From the NCBI GenBank assembly GCA_031422435.1, contig JANPLU010000076.1, forward strand, positions 1-11,984: a stretch of 11,984 bases of DNA, in the 5' to 3' direction. Below the pieces are notes generated by a model. The model had not been told where the DNA came from. It made no database searches and was given only the letters and a program-made list of their open reading frames with translations. Positions 1-7,681 of the stretch are shown here, one piece after another (within the stretch, counting starts at the first letter, position 1; every line of letters starts with the position of its first letter). The DNA is from Acaryochloridaceae cyanobacterium VAR_48_metabat_390 (GTDB taxonomy: Bacteria > Cyanobacteriota > Cyanobacteriia > Thermosynechococcales > Thermosynechococcaceae). The position numbers and the translations under genes were made by a program.

Positions 1-221
1 GGTAGAGGGGAGAGTTTTTTTAAGCATTCTGGTTGATGAGTGGTTTCTGATTCCAGAATGCTGGCTCTCCTTGAATCTTGTCAATTCCCATTCTCCAAAG
101 CGTCCCAGCTCTTTGCCTCAAACTTTTGTCAGTCAACCAGGAGGTTTACTCTCAATGTCAGGCGATCAGGTTGTAGTATGCACCTTTAAATCAGTCTGAA
201 AACTTTTTTGACATTTTACTT

Positions 222-2049
222 CTAATCGACCGTTTGCACATTCTTGTAAACTTCTACAAGATCATTGGAGATTAGTTCTGGAATATCATCAATTATTTTG
301 TTTATAATTTCAAGCTTTAATGATTCTTCCTTTCCTTTTTTAATGCCGTTTAATTCTGGAAATGACTTGAGTATCATTTCTTCTAATTGATGTCCTTGAT
401 GATGCAAATACCAGGCTGGGATGTCTATATATAATCCATTCAAAAGTTTTACATTTGATGTCGTTAGATTAATTGGATTAACATTTAATGACACCTTGTG
501 CACTACAAAATCTGAGATTACCTGGAGCTGACCTTGGCTTAAGCTTTTGAAATCTGTATAAGTCTCGTTGTTTCTTAGATCAAGATCTTCTCTGGAAATA
601 AATCTTTCATGCAATAGTAATGCAGCCAATAATATTGGATCAAGCAAATAATTCTCTATACTGTATCTATTTCCATTTCCCAATACTTTTACATAGGAAC
701 TATTCTGATTTTTTCCATCCCAGTCTATGATTCCCCAAACAAATTTATTCCCTGATCGCCTTAGAATATCAGTAATATTTACTACTTGCTCACAGTTGGA
801 AACATTTGTTCCATTTTTGTCTGTTCTACTTTCTCCCGAAGAAATGAAGCTTAGAGAAATTTCAGGAATTAAGTGATTTGAAATTTTTTGATATATCTTT
901 TCGTAGAATAAAACGTCATTTGGACTTTCAACAAATACCTGTCTTCTGTTTTCATAATTTACACTAAAAGATGGGACACCAGAGGTTAAGATTTTAAGTG
1001 CTTTGTCTTTAGTTACTTTCTCAATACGTTGCCCCGTTTTATTTGCAATAAAAATTGCCTCCTCAGGTGCCAGTGCAACTGTCGATGGCGAATGAGTGGT
1101 TATAATTACTTTTACTTTTTTCTCAAGAACAAAAACTTTTTGGATAACTTCTAAAAATTGTTTTGACATTGATGGATGCAATGATGCATCTGGTTCATCC
1201 ATTAACAATACCTTTGGAAATTCAATATCAAAATTTGAATTATATAAAGCCAATGCCAAAGACATCAAAACTTTTTCGCCTGAAGACAAATCACCAAATT
1301 GAATTTCAGCTCTATTAATATTATTTACTAACTTTAATTCAAATGGTGCATCTCTGTGGCTATTCGCAGGTGAGTTAATATGATAATCTAACTTGGCTCC
1401 TGCAATAATTTTATTTACAAAATCCCAAGGTGCTTCACCAAAAGAATTTATAAATTGCACTTGGCTTAAAAAAGTTATTTCTTTGTGATTTTTTACTTCG
1501 TTTCTATACTGTCGATATTCATTGTCTTCAAATTTGTCTTGATATCTTTTGAAGAGATTAGAGAAGTTCTGATAAAAAAATATCTGTTTGCGATAGCCCA
1601 TCTTCTAAGGGATAGTGATTAAAAAAGTCATCGGGATTTAGATCGTCTAAATCTTTCTTTGAGCTTTTTGTTATTTTTTCGATGGTTTTAACCTGAGGTG
1701 TATCATGACTTCCAAAAATATTGATTAAGCTAAAATTTGGATTTTGTTTTTTGCTTTGAATATAACTATTGAAATTACTCCATAGGTTTTGGGTATTGGC
1801 ATTTAACTGTTCTCTAGTTATAATTGCACTTTCGTTAGGTGAAAGAGTTTGAGATGTCACATATTTTTTGGGATTGAGTTCTCCATTATTTTCATCAGTC
1901 ATCTGGAGCTGATTGTCTCTTATTGCAGTTAGTAATTGCGTTTTGCCAGCTCCGTTTATTCCTGTCAAAATCACTAAGTCTGGTAAGTCAACAGTAAATG
2001 GATCTAGTGATTTAAATTTTGTTGTTAATGTTAATCTCATTTTTTTCAA
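222..2049 (-). pseudogene. ABC/AAA-type ATPase fused to a C-terminal TOPRIM-like domain (OLD / DUF4435-like ATP-dependent nuclease). Interrupted by a 1-nt frameshift at 1574-1580; ~605-608 aa if repaired.
   Basis: ORF 1558..2049 holds only Walker A (LTGINGAGKT). ORF 222..1601 holds the ABC signature (LSSGE), Walker B/D-loop (LLMDEPD), H-loop (ITTHS) and TOPRIM-like motifs (VFVESPND, IIDWD, YSIENYLLD). Removing one T from the T7 run joins them as ...QTDIF-YQNFSNLF.... Start is TTG 2049 or ATG 2040. True pseudogene, recoding and sequencing error cannot be told apart from this sequence. Confidence 0.8.
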
Positions 2050-2265
2050 TGTGTCACTTTAGCATCATTATAATAAATTGTTTGTGATTGCCCTTCGGTC
2101 ACCAATGTATCTGTCGTTATGACGATCGCCTACTCTTATGCCTGCGATCGCTTTGGGGTGTGGAGGATGGTACTGCCATCGCCTCAAGCGTTGTGGTTTT
2201 AGGATGGCGATCATTGAGATTGAGGACTAGACTTGTTCTACAGCCTCATAAAGACCCTACCATTT

Positions 2266-2490
2266 ATGAAAATAAACACCGAAGGCCAAATCACCATTCC
2301 CCCTGACATTCAAGAACAGCTTGGACTGTTCCCTAGCACAGAAATCCACCTTAAAGTCATTGGCGATACCCTACAAATTTGTAAGACAACCCCAAATCGA
2401 GGCGCAAACATTATTGCTGCCATGCGCGGTAAAGCAACCCGAAACTTAAGCACCGACGAGATTATGCAGCTCACCCGCGACCATTCATGA
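2266..2490 (+). CDS. AbrB/MazE/SpoVT-family DNA-binding antitoxin (VapB-like), 74 aa
   Basis: MKINTEGQITIPPDIQEQLGL matches the AbrB swapped-hairpin motif (GQ-x-TIP...LGL). ATG 2266 is preferred over the ORF-track start at 2233. The stop overlaps the toxin start (ATGA, 2487-2490). Confidence 0.88.
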   Translation: MKINTEGQITIPPDIQEQLGLFPSTEIHLKVIGDTLQICKTTPNRGANIIAAMRGKATRNLSTDEIMQLTRDHS

Positions 2491-2891
2491 CCGATATCCT
2501 AGTCGATAGCAACATCATCCTTGATATCTTGACCGAAGACCCTCAATGGTTTGAATGGTCTGCCCAAAAACTCGCAGAATATGCAGATCAAGGAGCATTG
2601 GTCATAAACCCCATCATCTACGCTGAAATTTCTACAGGCTTTAGTCAGCCACAAGAACTAGAATCAGCAATCCCCGCAGACTTTTTCCGCCGTGACCTCT
2701 TGCTCTATGAGGCAGCATTTCTCGCCGGACAAAGCTTTTTAGAATACCGTCGTCGCGGAGGAGAACGGCGATCGCCCTTGCCCGATTTTTATATTGGTGC
2801 TCACGCTTTAGTAGCTGAAATCCCCTTGTTAACACGAGACGTAAAGCGTTACCGAACTTACTTCCCAAAGGTTCAACTGATTACACCATAA
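2487..2891 (+). CDS. vapC: VapC-family PIN-domain ribonuclease toxin, 134 aa
   Basis: PIN acidic residues are all present: LVDSNIILD, IYAEIS, PLPDFYIGAHA, LLTRD. Translationally coupled to the upstream AbrB-type gene. Confidence 0.92.
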   Translation: MTDILVDSNIILDILTEDPQWFEWSAQKLAEYADQGALVINPIIYAEISTGFSQPQELESAIPADFFRRDLLLYEAAFLAGQSFLEYRRRGGERRSPLPDFYIGAHALVAEIPLLTRDVKRYRTYFPKVQLITP

Positions 2892-3000
2892 ACTGATTGC
2901 TATCAGCCACAAACGCACCTGCCGCTATGGCGATCACCCCAACGATCCGATTGATGACATTATTCTGTTCGACGAAAGGGTTTCTTGGATTGTTGATCTG

Positions 3001-4120
3001 TTATTCCCCAGCCGCCGCGACCTGATTTTCCTTTCGTAGATAAGCTTCAATAAAAGGATCTAACTCACCATCCATAACATTTTCAATCGCGGTGGTTTCT
3101 ACACCCGTCCGCAGATCTTTCACCATCTGGTAAGGGTGAAAAACATAGTTGCGGATTTGGGTGCCCCAAGCCGCCTCAACAATATCGCCGCGAATATCCG
3201 CAATTTCACGGGCGCGCTGCTCCTGCGCCACAATGAGCAGCTTTGCCTTCAAAATCACCAGGGCTTTCTCTTTGTTTTGGAGCTGCGATCGCTCTTGAGT
3301 ACAGCGCACTGCCAACCCCGTCGGCAGATGAACAATCCTTACCGCCGTCTCAACCTTATTGACGTTTTGACCGCCCTTACCCCCAGCGCGAGTGGTGGTG
3401 ATCTCTAAATCTTTATCAGGGATATTTAGCTCCACGCCGTGGTCTAGTTCCGGCATCACCTCAACCCCAGCAAAACTGGTTTGACGCTTGCCGTTGGCGT
3501 TAAAGGGCGAAATGCGAACCAGTCGGTGCGTCCCTTTCTCAGACTTTAGGTAGCCATAGGCATAAGAACCAGAAATTTCAAGGGTGACGGATTTAAGACC
3601 CGCCTCATCCCCCTCAGAAATTTCGGCTAACTGCACCTTATAGCCCTGCTTTTCGGCCCAGCGCGTATACATTCGCAGCAGCATTTCGGCCCAGTCTTGC
3701 GCGTCCGTCCCCCCTGCACCTGCATTGATGGTGAGGACTGCGCCACCTTTGTCGTAAATGCCTGACAAAAGCTGCTGAAGCTCCCACTGATCGAGCTGGT
3801 GTGCCAACTGCTTTAGGCTTGTTTCGGCTTCGCTTAGTAAAGCTGAATCGTCCTCAAGCTCTAATAGTTCTAAGACCGTCTTGGCATCTTCTACGGTCGT
3901 GTGCCAGCGCTGTAGCCCGTCTAAATGAGATTTAAGTTCGTTCAGCGATTGAAGCGTGGTTTGTGCCGTCGTTTGGTTGTCCCAAAAGCTGGGCTGAGCG
4001 GCAACTTGCTCTAGGTCAGAAATTTTTGCATTAAGAGCAGGAACGTCAAAGATAGTCCTGGGTTTTACCCAGGCGCTCAGACAGCATCTCAATGTCTCGT
4101 TTTAAATCGACAACATCCAT
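3001..4120 (-). CDS. prfB: Peptide chain release factor 2, expressed through a programmed +1 frameshift (join 4120..4049, 4047..3001; 372 aa)
   Basis: SPF tripeptide (RISPFN) and GGQ motif ([10 protein letters not shown]). True start is ATG 4120, giving [24 protein letters not shown] followed by an in-frame TGA. The +1 frame continues DVPALNAKI.... The ORF-track start at 4092 is an artefact of the shift. Confidence 0.97.
4045..4059 (-). promoter_or_regulatory. RF2 autoregulatory +1 frameshift site (CTT TGA C) with a short internal SD-like AGGA
   Basis: Minus strand reads AGGAC TAT CTT TGA C. CTTTGAC (4051..4045) is the canonical bacterial prfB shift site. Confidence 0.95.
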
Positions 4121-4177
4121 GAACCTTAGCGTTACTCCCCGTCTCTTTTGGGATGTTTGACTGAGTAATCAGAAATT

Positions 4178-4245
4178 GGAGGGGCAGGTTTTGTAGAGAT
4201 GCCCTGTACATCACTCATACAGCTCTCTCGAAACCTGTCCCCACC
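4178..4245. repeat. REP-like imperfect palindromic element between rpmB and prfB
   Basis: GGAGGGGCAGGTTTTGTAGAG pairs imperfectly with CTCTCGAAACCTGTCCCCACC. It resembles the G(T/G)AGGGGC...GCCCCTAC class of intergenic palindromes. Repetition elsewhere in the genome cannot be shown from this window. Confidence 0.55.
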
Positions 4246-4319
4246 GCACAACTAAATTAATTCACGATCCTTCGCAAAATCGAATGAAGCTAGAGCTTAT
4301 TTAACTAAAAATCGTTTAA

Positions 4320-4556
4320 CTAAAACTTGTTTAAGTTAATGCCAGCTTGTTTTGCAAGAGAATCAATCCCTTGAGTTTGCAGGGTTTTAATCGCCTTTGT
4401 GGAGAGGCGAAGCTTAACCCAGCGCTTGCCTTCAGGCCACCAGATTCGTTTCCACTGCAAATTGACTTCTTGCAGCTTTTTGGTGCGATGGTGAGAGTGA
4501 GAAACCGCGAAGGCGTTATTCGCTTTTCTACCGGTCAGTTGACACTTACGACTCAT
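4320..4556 (-). CDS. rpmB: 50S ribosomal protein L28
   Basis: [37 protein letters not shown]...[13 protein letters not shown], typical cyanobacterial bL28, 78 aa. GGAG lies upstream of the ATG. Confidence 0.98.
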   Translation of the reverse strand: MSRKCQLTGRKANNAFAVSHSHHRTKKLQEVNLQWKRIWWPEGKRWVKLRLSTKAIKTLQTQGIDSLAKQAGINLNKF

Positions 4557-4798
4557 TGAAAATGCTCCGAGGATCTGTGAAGTGGTGCGATCTACTTTTA
4601 TACACTAGGCACAGCCAAGGTGCAAATCAGTACTGAAACTATTTTAATGCAGATTGGCTGCTGCTAACGGTATTTTGGTCAGCGCCTTTCCAAATCAAAC
4701 CCTCAACCAATGGGTGTTTTCTTCTTTAAGGCTGACGCGCTATTGTTGACTACAGCGTGACGGCGCAACTTAACCACGCCAATCTAGCAAAATCAGCT

Positions 4799-6967
4799 AT
4801 GCATATTGTTGTTCTTATCCTCATCGAGCTATTGGTTGTTATTGGGCTATCTCGGCTCATGGGGCTTGGCTTTGAGCGGATTAAGCAGCCCCTCGTGATT
4901 GGGGAAATTGTGGCAGGCATTATGCTGGGGCCATCGCTGTTGGGGTGGTTAGCCCCCACCTGGAAGGCTGCTCTGTTTCCTGCCGAGGCGTTGCCCTCTT
5001 TGGGAGTGCTGGCTCAAATTGGCCTCATCTTTTTTATGTTTTTGATTGGCCTAGAGCTGAACCCAAAGTATTTGCGCGGCAATCTTGACATTGCGGTGCT
5101 GATCTCCCATGTCAGTATTTTGGTGCCCTTTTCTTTGGGCTGTTTGCTGGCGCTGTTTCTCTACCCGCTGGTTTCCAATGGGGATGTGACCTTTACAGCC
5201 TTTGCCCTATTTTTAGGGGCGGCAATGTCGATTACGGCGTTTCCGGTACTGGCGCGCATTATTACAGAAAACAATCTCCAGGGCAGTCGGCTGGGGACGT
5301 TAGCGCTGACCTGTGCTGCGGTGGATGATGTGACGGCTTGGTGTGTGTTGGCACTGGCGATCGCCGTAACCCGCACCAACAGTATGGCGGGTGCCATTCC
5401 AACCATTCTGTTCTCTATTGTCTACATCGGGGTGATGGTGACAGTGGGGCGGCAGTTCCTCAAAAACTTGTCTAAATACTATGACCGCAAAGGAAAGCTC
5501 CCTCAGTTTTTGGTGGCGATTATCTACATGGGTGTAGTGGCCTCTGCCCTCATCACAGAGGTTATCGGTATTCACTTCATTTTTGGCGCTTTTCTGCTAG
5601 GGGCGGTGATGCCTAAAAATGCAGGCTTGACTCGTGAGCTGGCAGAGAAAACCGAAGATTTTGTCTTAGTGTTTTTGCTGCCGCTCTTCTTTGCCTACAG
5701 CGGCCTCAAAACCGAGGTGGGGCTACTCAATAGCCCAGACAAATGGCTGCTGTGCTTTGCGGTGGTTGGGGTTGCCATTATTGGCAAATATGTGGGCACC
5801 TACATTGCAGCTCGCGTGTCTGGCATCGATAAACGGGAGTCTGCGGCGCTGGGTTGGCTGATGAATACCCGTGGCCTCACGGAATTAATTGTGCTTAACA
5901 TTGGCCTAGAGCTAAAGGTGATTTCGCCGCTGCTGTTTACCATGCTGGTGATTATGGCGCTCGTGACTACCTTTATGACCTCTCCGCTGCTGGAGTGGAC
6001 GTATCCCAAACGGCTAATTCGGTTGGATGTGACGGACACTGAAGCAGCAGAAGCATCTTCTGAAGCACAGCAGATCTATCGTGTGCTGGTGCCTGTCGCA
6101 AACCCGAAGACGCAGAAGGGGTTGATTAATTTGGCCTTGGCGATCGCCGGAACCCGCCCCAATGCCATTGTGCATCCGCTCAGCCTCGTCGAAATTGAGG
6201 AGAACTATGCTTTTGCCAGTACACCCATTGAAGCAGATCGGCTTGTAGAACAGCGTCGTATTCAGATCGATAGTCTGGTGCAGAGCATCCAACCGCCTGA
6301 GGTCAGAGCGCGGCTGCGGCCTATCGTGCGGGTTTCTAGCGATGTTGCCCGCGAAACAAGCAGAATTACAGCACTCGATCACACGGACTTGGTTTTAGTG
6401 GGTTGGCACAGACCTGTCTTTGATCAAAATCGGCTGGGAGGTCGCGTGGGTCAGATCCTGAGTTCAGCCCGTGCGGATGTTGCAGTCTTTGCAGATCGGG
6501 GATTGCAGCAAATTTCTAAAATTTTGGTGCCCTACGCGCCCAGCCTTCATGACGAACTGGGCTTAGAACTAGCGTTACGGCTGCTCATTAATGGAGAACA
6601 TATTCAGCTTCAGGTGATGCGAGTGACTAGTCCTGACACCCCTGCGGGTGAATTAAGTCGTGAGTTCACTGAGGTTTTGGCTCAGCTAGCGCCCTCAGTT
6701 CGCAGTCGCATAGAGACGCCTATTTTAGAGACCTATTTAGATCCGCTTCAGGCTGTTGTAGATCATTCAGCCACGGTTGATTTAACCATTGCTGGCGCAA
6801 GTAGAGCGTGGGGTTCTGAACGGCAAACCTTAGGACGTTATGCTGATGCACTGGTTACTCAGTGTGCTTCTTCCCTGCTCATTACGCGCAAATATAGTCA
6901 GGTCACGTCTCATCTTGCGTCTGTGCTAGACATCAACCCCCATGAACCGCAGATCGAGCAGCTATGA
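4799..6967 (+). CDS. CPA2-family cation/H+ antiporter (NhaS4/CHX-like) with a C-terminal USP-like cytoplasmic region
   Basis: About 400 aa of hydrophobic helices with QPLVIGEIVAGIMLGPS, SITAFPVLARI, AAVDDVTAW and LMNTRGLTEL, followed by a soluble region starting RVLVPVANP (USP-like). ATG 4799 is preferred over GTG 4757. Confidence 0.92.
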   Translation: MHIVVLILIELLVVIGLSRLMGLGFERIKQPLVIGEIVAGIMLGPSLLGWLAPTWKAALFPAEALPSLGVLAQIGLIFFMFLIGLELNPKYLRGNLDIAVLISHVSILVPFSLGCLLALFLYPLVSNGDVTFTAFALFLGAAMSITAFPVLARIITENNLQGSRLGTLALTCAAVDDVTAWCVLALAIAVTRTNSMAGAIPTILFSIVYIGVMVTVGRQFLKNLSKYYDRKGKLPQFLVAIIYMGVVASALITEVIGIHFIFGAFLLGAVMPKNAGLTRELAEKTEDFVLVFLLPLFFAYSGLKTEVGLLNSPDKWLLCFAVVGVAIIGKYVGTYIAARVSGIDKRESAALGWLMNTRGLTELIVLNIGLELKVISPLLFTMLVIMALVTTFMTSPLLEWTYPKRLIRLDVTDTEAAEASSEAQQIYRVLVPVANPKTQKGLINLALAIAGTRPNAIVHPLSLVEIEENYAFASTPIEADRLVEQRRIQIDSLVQSIQPPEVRARLRPIVRVSSDVARETSRITALDHTDLVLVGWHRPVFDQNRLGGRVGQILSSARADVAVFADRGLQQISKILVPYAPSLHDELGLELALRLLINGEHIQLQVMRVTSPDTPAGELSREFTEVLAQLAPSVRSRIETPILETYLDPLQAVVDHSATVDLTIAGASRAWGSERQTLGRYADALVTQCASSLLITRKYSQVTSHLASVLDINPHEPQIEQL

Positions 6968-7470
6968 ATCACTTTCAGCCTAAATCTCTTGCCTTTTACG
7001 GCGGTGCGATCGCTTTTGTCGTTGGCCTATTTGGGGTCGTTACAGCCTATGGCGAAGCAAACCTTAAGACGGCGCAAAGTATTGGAGGAGAGTATCAACT
7101 CAATCTGCCCGTTTCTGCATCCTGCGGTGGCGGTAAGTCTGTTTTACTCTCAGTGCAGCAGTCCGGCATCTATGTAGCGGCAGCACTGACTAATCCAGCC
7201 TTAATGCGTAGCTCCTCGGGTTCTAAGCCGATGACGTTAAGTGGTCAATGGCAAAAACAACAGCTCAGTCTTGTGGGACAGGTTCCGGTGAGAATGCTGT
7301 GCGATAACTCGAAAGAGACTGCTCCTATCATGGTCAAGATTAAGGGTGCGATTTCCCCAAACCAAACGTCCACTGAGTCTACGACCTTAACGGGCACACT
7401 TTCTCTGAATGCAGAAACTGCTCCGTTAATGGCTCAACGTCAGCCCGTTGCCAAAGATGAACTAAAGTAG
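6964..7470 (+). CDS. Hypothetical membrane-anchored protein coupled to the antiporter, 168 aa
   Basis: ATGA overlap with the antiporter stop. One N-terminal hydrophobic segment (LAFYGGAIAFVVGLFGVVTAYG) followed by a beta-rich-looking domain with two Cys. Contains a HIP1 site. Confidence 0.8.
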   Translation: MNHFQPKSLAFYGGAIAFVVGLFGVVTAYGEANLKTAQSIGGEYQLNLPVSASCGGGKSVLLSVQQSGIYVAAALTNPALMRSSSGSKPMTLSGQWQKQQLSLVGQVPVRMLCDNSKETAPIMVKIKGAISPNQTSTESTTLTGTLSLNAETAPLMAQRQPVAKDELK

Positions 7471-7681
7471 ACGGCAAAGTCAGTCCATCTTGGAGCTAGA
7501 TACTGCATAAAGTATCTGATCCCTGCCGATATCCGTCCCAGGTTTCGGATCACCACTCCCTGGCTAAAAGATGTTGGCCATGAACGGCGATCGCAGTTTG
7601 TCAAACCCGCTGTGATCGAGACAATTCGACGCTCCGGCTGTGTAAAGCCGTTGAGCTTAGAAACGTCCTTCTACAAAAACA

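Larger units (their letters stand above)
2134..7594. repeat. Dispersed HIP1 octamers (GCGATCGC)
   Basis: Perfect copies start at 2134, 2768, 3285, 5357, 6140, 7006 and 7587. None was seen in the AT-rich gene at 222-2049. The coordinates span first to last copy and do not mark a continuous repeat. Confidence 0.9.

Noticed and set aside
222..2049. Calling the ATPase locus a genuine two-gene PARIS, Gabija or Septu system
   Set aside because: The break falls inside the ATPase domain, between Walker A and Walker B, not between ATPase and nuclease. No helicase or HNH partner is visible.
2088..2306. 72-aa ORF upstream of and overlapping the antitoxin
   Set aside because: TTG start, runs through HIP1-rich spacer, overlaps the antitoxin out of frame and has no recognisable motif.
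4049..4092. ORF-track N-terminus [15 protein letters not shown] for RF2, or prfB as a pseudogene
   Set aside because: Explained by the canonical CTT TGA C programmed frameshift; the real start is ATG 4120.
4612..4736. Weak inverted repeats in the rpmB/antiporter divergent region (CAGCCAA/TTGGCTG; GTCAGC/GCTGAC)
   Set aside because: Short arms and long spacers, compatible with chance; no riboswitch consensus recognised.
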